64,000 nucleotides of DNA. It comes from Zootoca vivipara (Eukaryota). The notes beneath the pieces were generated by a model, which saw nothing but the letters and a program-made list of their open reading frames with translations, was not told the DNA's origin and ran no database searches. Positions 38,480 to 52,023 of this stretch are shown piece by piece. How positions within the stretch are numbered: the first letter of the stretch is position 1; each line of letters starts with the position of its first letter. The stretch covers positions 62,682,001 to 62,746,000 of the forward strand of contig NC_083277.1 in NCBI RefSeq assembly GCF_963506605.1. The letters run 5' to 3'. The translations under genes were made by a program, and so were the position numbers.

Positions 38480-39050
38480 TTAGTGGTTTTAGGAGGATCA
38501 CAGGGTCATTTACAGTAGAAAAACACAAAAATACACACTATAACAACAAACAAAACAACACAACACCCTCCCTCTGTTTAAAAGGCTGTGTAGATTGTTT
38601 AATTAGCCAAAAGCCTGGGAGAATAAAAATGTTTCCACCTGGTGCCTAAAGATAAGTACGAAGGCACCAGGCGAGCCTCCCTGGGGAGGGAGTTCTACAA
38701 ATGGGGAGCTACTGCAGAAAAGGCCTGTTCTCATGTTGCCACCCTCCGAACCTATCACGAAGAAGGCACATGAAGAAGGGCCTCAGATTATGATGACAGA
38801 GACCAGGTCGGTTCATATGGGGAGAGGCGATCCTTGAGGTATTGAGGTCCTGAGCTCTTTAAGGCTTTATAGAACATAACCAGCCTTTTGAATTAGGCCC
38901 AGAAACTAATTTGCAGCCAGTGCAATTGGGCCAGGATTGGCATTATATGCTCAAACCGTCTTGCCGCTGACCTCTGCACCAGCTGAAGTTTCCAAACTGT
39001 CTTCAGAGGCAGCCCTACGTATAACTCATTGCAGTAATCTAACCTAGAGG
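38480..39050 (-). mobile_element. Older L2-like LINE fragment
   Basis: Degenerate similarity to the L2 at 25.5-26 kb (aaggcctgttctc, tttaaggctttat, gcagtaatctaacctagag). Confidence 0.55.
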
Positions 39051-39445
39051 TGATGACCCAAGTCTTCATAGACCTATGCTTTAATTGAGGGCAGGCATTT
39101 TTTTCAGGGTCATCCTACATGACTTACTCCTTGATGAACAGCCCATGTGAAAGTTGCCAGATTAGAAAGAGGGAAGAAGAAGAGACTTAGTCAAGCACCA
39201 ACATGTGCTTATATTTCTCTTGATGAGTTTCATCACTCAAGACATCTAGCCAGAAGCAGGAACATTTTAATCTGATATCATTCCCTTTTCTTTCTTTTTT
39301 TGGCTGTACTTTTAGAATCTTTATGGAATTCAAAGGTGTGCTTGCTGCTTCTCCCTTGGCAGCAGAGGAAGAACTTCACCCTCCAGATACAGTTTTCTTT
39401 TTATATGAAGGTCCTTGGTTGAGTTTAATGCACCTTGATACAAAA

Positions 39446-39568
39446 TAAAAAAACTCCTTCAGTAGCACCTTTAAGACCAACTAAGTTTAGTTGGTTTTTA
39501 AGGTGCTACTGAAGGAGTTTTTTTATTTTGCTTCGACTCAGACCAACACGGCTACCTACCTGTAACTA
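39446..39568. mobile_element. Penelope-like short hairpin remnant
   Basis: Same family as 23643-23890 (ccttcagtagcacctt...gaccaactaag inverted; gaccaacacggctacctacctgt); flanked by the 16-bp duplication GCACCTTGATACAAAA. Confidence 0.75.
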
Positions 39569-42256
39569 GCACCTTGATACAAAAAGAGGAGCTTGTAACT
39601 TACTGACTTCAAAATTATTATATATCTTTCCCCATTGCTGCAGCACAGCACTTAGCAGAGAAAACAAATTACTTTAAAATTACCTTTGAATCCATTGCCC
39701 CATTTGTTTAGTTTAAAACACGCACACAACTATTTTACTCATTTTAATACTTCAGTGCACAGTTTGTCCTAAGCACTTTTAAATCCCAATGATTTCAATG
39801 AGAGAATGAAGCAGTCTGCTCGGTTGACATCTTAAAGGGATTAACTTTGGTCAAATTGTATCTTTATGGTTGTTTTATCTTTCACCCCTTGAAATAGATT
39901 TTTTTTTCTTCCTTTCACCCTCCCAACATCTTGCAAACCAACAGCTTTCCTCCACAGCAATTTACATCGCATTCTGTGAGCAAAGCTGTTCAGCGTGGCT
40001 CATAAATGGTATAAAACATATGAAATTAAAATAACGTTATAAAGATCTGTTAAATGGCACAAATGCAAAGCCAGCAATCGAACAGGTATGAAGCCCCTCC
40101 CTAACAAGGAAACAAAAAAAGACAGTAAAGTGTAATTTGCAGAAATTGCAACAGATTTTTCACTTGCGAAACATAGGCTGAGCTTAGACAGGCCTTTTCG
40201 GAGAATAAATTCCATAGGGAAGGGCATTCTGGCAAGCACTCTTCTGCAGCCCTCCATAAACATAAGTGATAGGATGGACATAATAAGAGGGTGGGAACCA
40301 TAACTCAATACCTGAACACATGCCTTGAGTGCAGAAGGTCCCTGCTTCAATTCCTAGCTGGACTAGATGGGTCATTGGACTGATTCGGCAGGCTCATCAT
40401 GTGTTCTGTGAGCTACATATTTGGTGTGGGTATATGTATATCTTACTATTCACTATGATTTATTTGTTATTGGGAATATTGATGGTAGTAATAGCATGTT
40501 TAAGAAGAATAAAATAAATATATTGTTCTAGAAAGGAAGTAAGGTATAGTATTTCCTTGACTGTAATGATTCACTCCAAAGAAAATCACTGTAATCTCAC
40601 CTCATTAAGAATAATGATTTTCTTTAAACAAAATCCAGCAAACTAGCTCCTTATTCATACTATACAATTTCTGTAGAAAGGATATCCTTAGGGAAAGTAG
40701 GTTCCCCCTCCCCTTGAGATCTGTGTGAAGTTGCAATTTCACCACAACCACTCCAATGCTGTATGTCACTATACCACAGCGGTTGTCAAGGCAGATCTTT
40801 GCCACATTTCTTGCCCTGGAATTGACTCTGTGGAGAGTCAGGAAAACTTCTAGAGCAGCACACAGTGGTGGAAAAGGGGGGATAATTCCATCTGGAAAGC
40901 CAAAATGCTTCTGCTGACAGAACTATTGCTGTAGTAGGAGGGACTCAACAGCACACTGTAACTTTAGGTTTTCGCAATTAAAGTGGAACAAAGGGCTCTG
41001 TTACCCCAGCACAGCAGATCCACTTTATAAAACAGTAAGACTTTTTGTGGTTTTGAAAGTGGGGGAAATGTATTGAATGTGGGCATCCCACATTCCTACA
41101 AGCAAATCTGGATGAATGCAGGACCAGTGCTCATGGTTGCGTAAGCAAATCAAAACGGATCATCTAATCTCCACGTTAGCTTTGTGTAAGCAAATCAGGA
41201 TGAATGCTCAGGGTGGAATTCAACATAGCACTACGTGGGGTGGGGGTGCAGGACACCCCCACTCCCCCAAAAAACCCTGTTCTGGGGGTTCCACCAACCT
41301 TCCAGAGCAGATTTAGGAGGCGTTGAGGGGGAGGGGGAGGAAAGTCCCATTGCATGAGCAGACCTTGTTCTGTGCACACAACAACTTAGCTGAATCCTAC
41401 CTCCAGGAGCAGCTGGACTCTGCTTCCATCTTGCAGGGAAGCTGCTAATTATTACAATCGATCTTATTCTCTGCCTCTGTGTCTTCTCTGCCGACTCTCC
41501 CCACCCAGTGCAAAACTGTCAGCTGCCTTCCACTGTTTGGATTCTGCCAACACTCCTCCCTGGCGCCAGCAAAAGAGCAGCTCCAGCTTAGGCAGCAACT
41601 TCTATAGCACTAACAAGAGGGCGAGAACAGAGTTGTTGCACAGCCATTTGGTAGGCAAGTCGTCAGTCAAGTCTTCCTGAGTGCCAGTGTTCTTTCTTTA
41701 CTTCTGAATAATTCGAGGCCCAAATGGCAGGCATGATTACTATGAATTTTGAATGGCTGTAAATTCCATGAAGAATCAATCTTAATTAATGGCAATGCAA
41801 GTTTGGGTTATAATGTATGTACTGGTTTTTTTTTCTGAGCTTCTTTGGATTTACGTTTCCATTTTGTTTGGTTTATCTATATTCTTTTGGTGCGGGAACC
41901 CACAATAAAATATCACTTTTAAAATGTGTTTGATGCTTAGGCTGTGTACACACTGTACCTTTCAACCACATTTGAAGCTCATCCCTGCCCCCACTCAAAG
42001 AATTCTGGGCACTATAGTTAACCCTTTGCAGAGTCACAATTCCCAACATCCTTAGCAAACTGCCGTGCCCTGAATTCATTGAGGAGGGAAATGTGCTAAG
42101 AATGTGCTTAAAGGTATAGTGTGACTGCAGACCCAGACTCTAAAAACAGAACAAGAAAGCAAAATGGGCACTTCTTATTTATTTATTTATGTATTTTTTT
42201 ATGTATTTATGTATTTAAAAAGCAAACACCTCTGCCTGTTTTGGTATGTTTTGCAG

Positions 42257-42698
42257 CTTGTGAATGGAGTGCCTCGCCTTGGGTACAGATGTCGGAGTGG
42301 TTTCAGCGGTAACCTTTCGTCCAGCCAATTTGTGGGTGACAGAAAGTGGCACTCTCTCTTCCTGGAAGTGAAAGGCAATTCCATCCGTTTGCTTGTTGAC
42401 AGCTTGGGAAATGCCTCTCTGCAGCTCCCCGAGGCCTGCAACCCTTCCCATTCCAGAAGAGATCTGCTCATTGGAGGGTTTGTGCAGCACCACCAGGCTC
42501 AGAGGGTCACTGATGGGTTCAGAGGGTGCCTGAATGCCATTACGCTCGATGGAAGAGACCTGGTGGTCTTACCAAAGGAAAAGAGGTCCAGGGCTGTTGT
42601 TGAAGAGGCGGGCGTTCGGCAATGCTGCCCACACACCGGTGCCTGTCGGAGCAACCCGTGCCTCAATGACGGGCTCTGCATTGAGATACAAGGTGGAG
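42257..42698 (+). CDS. FAT2: FAT2 coding exon (laminin-G and start of EGF1)
   Basis: ttgcag|CTT...GGAG|gtaagg; DRKWH, GFRGCLNAI, CRSNPCLNDGLC; 442 bp. Confidence 0.94.
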
Positions 42699-45600
42699 GT
42701 AAGGGCTGTGTTAATAACAGTAATGGGCAATGTACAATTTTTTGGGGAGGGGGGATAGAGCAGCGTCCCCAACTTGACAGCCTCCAGATGTTTTGGTCTT
42801 CAGCTCCCAACATCCCTGACCATTGACCATGCAGGCTGAGGCTGATAGGAGTTGTACTGAAACATCCATAGGGCACAAGGCTAGGGAAGGCTGGCCTAGA
42901 GAAATAACAGCAGGGATTAGTCACATTTAAGGAAAATGGCTTCTGTGAAAATATGAACGATAGTGGAGACATTGGTCTGTTTAGGATGTCATGTTGCCTC
43001 TTCATAAAGCATGGCTTAAGAAGCCAGAAAGGAACATAAAACCTGCACACAGGGCTTTTTTCAGGGGAAACTCACAGAAACTCAGGCCCGGCACCTCTCA
43101 GGTGGGTTCCAGTACCTCTCAGGTGGGCACCATTTCCATTCTAAGAAAATGAGGGAGGTGTTCATGGTGAATTCCAGCACCTCTTTTTCTAGAAAAATAA
43201 CACCGCCTGCACGCACTTCCTTTACATCTGCTCCTGGCTTAATATCCTGCTTGGTTAACCAACATTAAACCAGACTTCTCTGTTTGGGATCTACCAAGGA
43301 ACTCTGGTTTAAACAAGCCAGGATCTTCATGCCAAAGCCAGCACACGAGGGGAGGAGGAAGGCAGAGCCAAGAGACTTGACTGGGGCTTCCTATGCCGTG
43401 GTTTATGGAACTGGCGGTGTTACAGGTGAACTGGGCTTGTGTGACGCTGGCCACTGTAGCCAGGTATTCCCACTAGCTGGCTTTGCGGTCATTGCTGGAA
43501 CTCCTTGAGTTGATAAGGTCAATTAGGAAATTCTAAATGATTTGATCATTGAAGGACCAAACCGCTTCATTGCCTTCATTCAAATGTGCCTGGGGGAAAA
43601 GGCAGCAGAAAGAAAGCTCTTCCTCCAATTTTCTGTTCCCGTCCCTTCTTTCAATAACTTAAGCACTTGGGAGTCTGGTCTTTAGATCCATTTGTGCTGT
43701 CAGACAGGAGTAGAGGTTTATTTGGTTTGTCTGTACCTACCTATCTACCTAACTACCTACCCAATATTTGTATGCTGCCCTTCCTCCAAGGAGCTCAATG
43801 CATTTTCTCCACATAGCATCCCTAAGCTGGGGTTGGGTGGACTAGCCTCAAGTCGTCCAATGAGCTCAATGCAGGGCTGCCAGACAAATGGCAGCTGCTG
43901 AATTCCTACACATCAGCCTCTCCCCCTTTTCGTTTAAATCAACCATGCAAGGGACAAGAATGTGAAAAGTGTGGGATTTTCTCTTTGCCAGCATTTGCTG
44001 CAAAGGGGGAAGGGTGTGGAATGGATGAAGGTTTTAGCCTGTGGCCAGCGAAGAAGATTTGGATAACAAGAATGTTTAGGCTGGCAGGATGGGAGGAGCA
44101 GGGGAACCTGTTTTGGCCTGCGAGTATTTTGGAAGGCAAGCGAGTGGCACTGGGAAAGGGGCTGAAATAATTGGTTTGGGAACTCCAAAGAGAGGCATAT
44201 TCATTATCAAGGCATGCATGTGCTCAGGCCCAAAGTCAGTGAGTAATAATTTCCAATTAGAATGCTGTGGTGGTTATAATGAAGGAGTATTGGGAGGCTA
44301 GACATGGAAAGATAGCACATTAGAAGAGGAAAAGATGAGGGCTTTTAAGGGGTTTGGCACCATACTTAAAGCAAAATCACACATAGCAAAATGTGTGTTG
44401 TTCTGGTGCCTACTGAGCTACCTCTGGTTTGGTGGCCACATGTAAACACTGATCCTTGGACAAATGGCTTTAATGGTGACCCCAGACATTCTCACTACGA
44501 CCGCATTTCAAGCAGCCTCATACCACTTTAAGCAGCCGTCGCTTCCACAAAACAAGTGGTTTGTTAAGGGGCAGGTGCTGAGAGTTGTTAGGAAACCACT
44601 ATTCCCCTCACAGAGCCCAGAGTGGTTTACCATTCAGCCCCTCCTCCCAGGGAACTCTAGGAATTGTAACTGTGGGGGAAATAGGGCTCTCCTAACAACT
44701 CTCAGCACCCTTAACAACCATACTCCCCAGGGTTCTTTGGGGAAAGCCATGACTCTTTAAAGTAGTATAAACATATGCTCCAAGTGGAGCCTTACATTCA
44801 TACGCACAGTCCTTGATTGACTGGTTTTATTTCTATTCAGTAATGTAACCCATCTTCTTCACTTAGGGGAAAAAGACAAATCATAAACTCCAGCTCTAGT
44901 GCACTAGCATAATGTGCAATGAGCTTTAAGCAGAATCATTTTTACACTCTCTGTCACTCTGTCCACATCAGTGGAAAGCTTTCTGTCCTCATGGGACGAA
45001 GCCACAAATTTTATAAGCAAGGAGGGCACCCAGCAAGGAGGGCACCCACCCTTTCCCTATCCTGGGGTGGTGGTGGGACTGATGGGTGCTTGGAGGTGAC
45101 TTGGATAGCCGTGTGTGGTAATGGGAGACACGTACTGAGAAACACTTTGAACCACCTTCTGTAGGCATGTGCACCTTTTGTTATTTCTGCCCGGAGCCTG
45201 CTGTCGAGCTGCATGCCCTGACAGGTGAGCAGTTAGCAAAAGGCGGAGAGCACACGTCCTCCTTTCCTTCAGCTCAGAGCAAAAAGCTTACAATTCTTGT
45301 CTTGTCAGATCAGCAGCTCAGGCACACTTGTCAGACAACAATTTTCAGAGAGACAAGGGTGTATAAGTTCATGTCCTCACAGATTTACATGCACTTCTGC
45401 AGCACATGGTGACAGCATGCTTGGGGACATGCATGACAGTCGCCGTGTGAGGGTGGGAAGATGCCCGTACGAAGTATGCGCCTGAAATAAATGCAGAAGC
45501 CATGGTTGGGGTGTTCTAGAATGCCAACAATAAGCTAGAACAGCACCGGAATTGGTATCTGAGCATCGTCTGGTCATTTTGTAAGTGCATTTCACTTGGG

Positions 45601-46253
45601 CACCTGTGCTGGGAGAAAACAGGAAGGTGCAAAATATGGTAAGTGAAATGGCAATGGAGAGTAATGTCTTTTGTGGCCGTGATTCCACATGCGCTATCCA
45701 ATAGGTGCCCATGACGCCGGTGCAGTTGAGGTCGTGCAGCTGCAGTGCTAATTACTGTAGCAGTTTGAGCAGTGAATGGTTCCAATTTTCACAGCAACTC
45801 ACCATTTGTTTCAGTGCATCGTAAATGTTACAGTATTTCCCGGGAATGGATGGTTGTAACAACGGCGCATTCCACACAGGGATGGCCGTACCATAAGGCA
45901 GAGCGAGGCAATTGCCTCAGGCGGTAGATTGGAGGGCAACAGCCCAGATATTCCTCCTGAGCCCCTGGCCATTCTCCCCTGTTACAGATCTGAGCTATAC
46001 GTGCCATAGAGCTGTCCTGCTCCCTCATTACTACTCTACCGCCCTCAGCACTGGGAAACACTACCATCAAATTGCTGGGCAGCAGGGTGTAGGATTCCAC
46101 TGTCATCCAGCTTCTTTATATTGAATTGGGTGGGAGGGCCTATCTTGTCCTTTGCCTCCGGGCTGGTTCCCTGATTCTGCACAAGAAAAAAAATGTCATT
46201 CTGGTTTCACTTGTTTTTCAAACCTTCTCCATTTTTCTCTCTCCTGTCACTAG

Positions 46254-46407
46254 GTTATTCTTGCATCTGCCCCATACAGTTTTCTGGAGACCACTGCGAA
46301 GTTGCTGATAACCTTTGTGAAGGCAAGCCCTGTTTGAATGGGGGGACTTGTGCCCTCTCCGAGAAAGGCTATACCTGCCATTGCCCAGAGTGGTACTGGG
46401 GAGAAAG
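46254..46407 (+). CDS. FAT2: FAT2 coding exon (EGF1 end and EGF2)
   Basis: cactag|GT...AAAG|gtaggt; [15 protein letters not shown]...[12 protein letters not shown]...CHCP; 154 bp. Confidence 0.94.
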
Positions 46408-47204
46408 GTAGGTTTGGCCCTTAAGCATTACCCTCTCCATGCTTGAATGACACAAGAAGCAGAGAATCATAGCACTGCCAATAGTTTTCACGCCACATCT
46501 GAAATGCAACATCTGTCAGAGGCGTCGGTTTACACATTTCAGGTGCTATTTGGGTTCACACATGCTCGTTCAGAATGGATGCCCTAATTCAATTTTTTTA
46601 AAAAAAAAACACTATGAAATGATAAATGCCTGTAGAGTTTTGCAGTCTCTTACTTAAATATGAAGTCAGGTGAGATCTCGTGGTTAGGTCCAGAACAAAA
46701 AGTTGTTGGCAGGTCTTTGAATTCACTCAGGTGATTAGAGAAAAAGGAAAGGCCAGTTAATATTTAGAATAATCTTGGTTTGATGACAACAATGAAAAAG
46801 GAGAATAACTCTCCTCATCTTGCCTATGTGAGGAAAATGCACAAATCGTCACTAGATGGTGCTGCTGTACAAGCACATCAGGTTATTCTGTAGGTATTTG
46901 GCTACATAACTGATGAGTAATATATTTTTATTATTATTACCTGCCATCAATCTCACTTATTAATTAATTAAACAGGGGAAATTATTTACACACATAATAG
47001 ATACAGTTGTTTGGATTAGGAGCAGGAAGTTTGGGGTTATGGGAACCCAATTATGGATCTCCCTAGGCTATACACACCAGATCCTAGGGGCTGAGACACT
47101 TTTGCATAACTCCCTTTTTTTGAGGCAGCTGGGGCCCCTCAATGTTCAAAGGGCATTCAACTCTACCCCCTAGCTCCTCGTGACATCGCACGTGTGACAT
47201 TAGG

Positions 47205-47570
47205 ACATTGTGTTGAGAAGAGAAGGTTAAGGGGTGATATGATAGCAATGTTCAAATATATAAAAGGATGTCATATAGAGGAGGGAGAAAGGTTGTTTTC
47301 TGCTGCTCAAGAGAAGCGGACATGGAGCAATGGATTCAAACTACAAGAAAGAAGATTCCACCTAAACATTAGGAAGAACTTCCTGACAGTAAGAGCTGTT
47401 CGGCAGTGGAATTTGCTACCAAGGAGTGTGGTGGAGTCTCCTTCTTTGGAGGTCTTTAAGCAGAGGCTTGACAGGCATATGTCAGGAATGCTTTGATGGT
47501 GTTTCCTGCTTGGCAAGGGGTTGGACTGGATGGCCCTTGTGGTCTCTTCCAACTCTATGATTCTATGATC
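47205..47570 (+). mobile_element. CR1 LINE 3' fragment
   Basis: EKRRLRGDMIAMFKY...RKNFLTVRAVRQWNLLPRSVVESPSLEVFKQRLD plus ttccaactctatgattctatga tail. Confidence 0.9.
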
Positions 47571-49103
47571 TTGAGAAATTGGAGCCTCTGCTCAAGGCAC
47601 AGCACCAACAATCGCCCAAGTCAGGCTCTGGCTAAAGCCTCAGGGCTAGGAAGAGCATCTCACCAGCCTGACCAACACTCACCACCAGGCCCAGGTGGCA
47701 ATGTGTAGGCATCACTTCACTTGGGAGTAGAGCTTGCCTCCCATCCAACTAGCTGCTCCCCTTCTTCCTCCATCCACCTGCTTTTGGGGAGCTCTGAGAA
47801 AGGTTCAAGGGTATCCTCAGAGCCGGGTATTGTAGGTGAGTTGGCCAGAAAAATGCCTCTGCCGCTGCTTTCTTTCGCTACTGTGGCTTTTCTAAGCTGA
47901 GTGGGGCTTTTTAAGCTTTAAAAGTTGCAAAAGTACTTTCTAGCAACAGCAAAGCACATTAGCGCCAGAGGGCCTTCTCAGTGACTTTACCCAAAATCCC
48001 TTTGTCTGAAGAAGGGTGTCTTTGGCTCCTTCTCAGAACCCAGGTGGCAGAGAAGTGGTTGTAAAAAAAAAGTAGGAGAGGGGGCTGTGGGGAGCAGGGG
48101 GAAGGATCAAACTGCTGCAGCGAAAATGAGAGTGGAGGCAGGGAAGTGGGGGGGGGACATTGGCTGGATTGTGCCAATGACCTCTGAAGTTTGGCACTTT
48201 TAGAGCTGTTGTTAGGATGACATAGGCCAACAAAAAGCTGGCATTCATAAAGTTTATGGCCTCTCATCCTGTCCACCAGCATTTCCATGCCATTACCATG
48301 AGACTGTCTGGCCTTCTATGAACATTTGTTTTTCCTTTATCTTTGATACCATGTCATACGCAGGTAAAGTATTCTCAAAGTGTGCTCATGCTATAGAATG
48401 ATTATCACTGAAGAACAATGACTTCAAGTTTTGAAATATTATGACCTTTTACAGTATTAAAATGGAAATGGTTTTGTTAGCACACCAGCAATATTTACAG
48501 TATATTAAAAAAACATTTTTAAGGAATTAGGGTGAACATTCTGAACAGAACATTGTTTATTACAAAAATAGCTTTGTTTTTTTAACCTTGGTTTTTTTGC
48601 ATATTGAATCAGTTCTTCTGAGTTAGATCCTGATAGCTGGATTTAGCTACACTGAACTGTAATTCTTCCACTGAAGGCAAAATGAGTTAAGATACCTAAT
48701 TGTTTCTTCAATGGTACTATGGACACAGCAATTTTTAGCTAGGCTGGAATGCAGTTTTTTTGTGATTTATTTATTTCAAAAATAATTTCTTTACAAAACT
48801 CTAAAAGACATTAAAACAAAATGAAAGCACACAGTGATACTTTAAAGGCAGTAAAATCAACAGGAGGAATATAAAGCAACAACAAACAAGCGAAAATAAG
48901 GCAGATCAAATTGAATTAACAGGCCTGATAAAATTAAAAGGTATTGTCCTGGCACTGAAATGATATCAGGATTGGTGCAGGGGTTTGTTTGTTTTTTGTT
49001 CCTCCGGCACTCTAACACCTCCCTCCCATGATCTCACAGATAGAGTCTCTGATACATGTGATCTCACATTGTCTAAAGATGCCTTCCATCATCTCTTCCG
49101 CAG

Positions 49104-49684
49104 ATGTGAAAAAGTTGCTGAGAAATGCCTGGAAAACCCATGTCTGAACTCTGCACGCTGTGTGAATTCCGATGGTTCCATTCACTGCATCTGCACGGGC
49201 GACTTCCAGGGGGCATTCTGCACGCAGAAAATTGTGACTCCAACGATTAGTCCATCCAGCTGGATCTTGGGGCCTGGAGAGATTGCCGAGATTTCTGCTG
49301 GGCTGTTAGGTGTCGTCATCCTGGTGACAGCGTTTATACTCATCCGCAAATTCTACTGCCACAAAGTCAAGGCTCACAAGCCTGTGGCCAAAGAAGACCC
49401 GGACCTGCTCTCCAAAAGCGAATTATCCAAAAGTGTCGGGGTCGGCACTCAAGGTCTTAACCCCATTGAACTAAACATCCTCAGCGACGGCCACCACCAC
49501 CATCTCGATACGCTAGACCCAGGCAAGCCTGCTGTCACATCGGAGTTTGCGACCTTCAACACAAACCATGTTCAGAAACAGCGGGGCGCCATTGTATGCA
49601 GTGTGGCCCCCAATCTCCCAATTGCCACGCCCTCACCTGAAAATGAGCCCGTCATCAAGAGCACCTGGGCTGGAGAAAAGATGG
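49104..49684 (+). CDS. FAT2: FAT2 coding exon (EGF3, transmembrane helix, proximal cytoplasmic tail)
   Basis: ccgcag|A...ATGG|gtttgt; TM ISAGLLGVVILVTAFILI followed by HKPVAKEDPDLL and CSVAPNLP; 581 bp. Confidence 0.92.
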
Positions 49685-51854
49685 GTTTGTTTGACCTTCT
49701 TTCTCTCTCCCCCACCCTCCTTCCCTCTGCTGCATTGGGGTGTTTCCAAATGACGTTCCTTTCCAGCAGTTAGTGTATCGCAGTTGTTATTGTGTGAGAT
49801 GCCTTTGTCTCACAGTAGCCATTTTGTCACGGGGATCTCCATTTCTTGCCATTCAAAACACAATATTTTGTCTCTGGGGAAATGTATTTTCTCCTCTCTC
49901 GGTTGTGCTAGGGTTGATGTATCATGTAACTTTGGCTGTGCTTCTCCTGCCATTTTGTGGTCTTAAAAAAAAAATTGTTTTCAATTTTTGAGAAGCTTTC
50001 CTCTCTGAACCCCTCAAGCACAGGAACTTAATGTTGCCCTTAAAAGAAACAGAAGTGAGCTAGCTAGCCAGGCTACCTCCACATCCTCCTTCAATGCAAC
50101 ACTTGAGGGTTACAACAAAATAATATTTGATTGGTAGGTTTTCCTTATCTCTCACACCAGTGCACAGATTTCCCTCCAGGTAAAAGGATTTGGTGACCGC
50201 TTGTACCGTATGACTATCACACCAAAGCAAGATTGCCACACACACACACACCACACATACAACCATTAGATGGGGAAATGGTGCTGATCTGTGCTTTTGT
50301 ATTATCTGAAAAGAGTGAGTGTGCAGTCAGCAAAACAACAAGAAGCCACTAGCTCAGATAGACAAAAGTAATGTAGGCAAAAGGTTTGCTCCTTCCAGCC
50401 CCATGGTTTTGCTCTTGATCCCTGGAATCTTCATGCTGCCTTGTCAGTGGTATAGCCTGCTGTTGAAATGTGTGGATCCTGATGTTCTGTCAGAAAGGGC
50501 ATTTTCACACACCCAAATCTAGACTGGGTTGCCTACGATCTGTTTCAACACAGCAGTGCTTTTGTCTGGGCCTGCAAAGTTTGATTATACTTGCCTTTTT
50601 ATAAAAAGAGAGCAGCTTGGCAATCAATTTGGGGGGAGGGGAATACTATGGCATTTATCAGCTTGAAGTTCCTTCCCCTGCAAGCTGAAGCTGCATGCAA
50701 ATAAGATGAAATTAACTTTAATCAAATGCCAGTAACAACATATTTCAGTAACAAAGTAATGTGATGGATGGGTGTGCCATATTAAAGGGAAGGTGAATGA
50801 GATAACCAGTCAGAATGGGAGAAAATATCATGGTCCACCTGTTTTGCATTTTGGATAAGGGAGAATGGGATGACCATAGGCTTAGAAATGAAGAATGGTC
50901 ACATTCTTAATAGAAATTTTGCATGTTTGATCCCAGAATTTTCTAATATGTGGGAGGTAATTAATGTTCTGATCACTAGAGGCTAGGTAAAAAAGAGGTG
51001 GGAAGTGTTCCCACCTGTTTTCCATGGTGAAATAACAGAACTGCCCAATAACTCAACATGGGGCTGCTACTAGAAACAGCATCTCCAGGGTAAGTTTGGC
51101 CCCATAACAGGAGGCATCGCTGATCCCAAGGCAGCCCAATGGGGTGCCTGCTAGATGTTGTTGGACTCAAGCTCCCATCAGCCCCAACCAGCACAGCTGA
51201 TGGTCAGGGATGATGGGAACTGAAGTCCAGCAACACCTGCAGGCCACCACATTGGCTACTCCTGACTTATACCATGTTGCAGTGATACCACATTGTTCCC
51301 TTCCCTGCTCCTGCCAGTAGCATCCTTGAGGGGGCTGAGTAGAATGCTGCTGCTGCTGCTGTTAAAGATTTCTTACCCCCTATTCGCCATAAGGGTGGGT
51401 TACAGCAATTTTAAAATACAATACAGTATTAAAATCGGTTAAAGCAACTTACAATCAAATGAATGGGGTTGGTCCTAAAAACATATATCTCAAGTGTCAA
51501 AGGTATAGGACAAAAACTGCATAATGAAGACTCCAGATGCAACTGGGAGCTAATTCCACAGTTTAGTGTCAGAAAATGCCCTCTCCCAGTGTGTTGCCCA
51601 CAAACTTCTGATGATGGTCCAACTAAGAAAAGGACCCCTACTGCTGATATTAACACCCAAGAGGGCCTGCAGGGAAAGAGGTGGTCTTTCATATATTTGG
51701 AGCCTGAGTCATTTAGGGCTTTGAACGTTTAATTTGAGCACCTTGACAGTACCACACATACAAATGGCTATATAAACCAACAGGTGAAGGAGGGGAGAAG
51801 TCTACTGTGTGAGGATCTAAATTCTTCCTCGTCCCTCAAGGACTGTATTCCCCA

Positions 51855-51888
51855 ATTGCTTCTCGGCCTTTTGGCTAATATCAAGTGT
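51855..51888 (+). pseudogene. 3'-truncated U2 snRNA retrocopy
   Basis: ATTGCTTCTCGGCCTTTTGGCTAATATCAAGTGT vs U2 5' end ATCGCTTCTCGGCCTTTTGGCTAAGATCAAGTGT (2 mismatches); flanking direct repeats aaggactgtattccc/aaggattgtgttccc. Confidence 0.85.
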
Positions 51889-52023
51889 GAAGGATTGTGT
51901 TCCCTTGTGTGTTAATATTCTAACTTCTTGTGATTAACTGATTCTAGGCAGAAAGTGCAGAGATGGCTAGAAAAGCCTACACATTCACAGGGAGGTGTTA
52001 ACATGCTTCTGATTTTATTCCAG

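Noticed and set aside
45080-45910. Possible decayed DNA transposon or hidden exon in a mildly CpG-rich intronic stretch
   Set aside because: No convincing TIR/TSD, transposase motif or splice-compatible frame; the flanking FAT2 exons already join correctly
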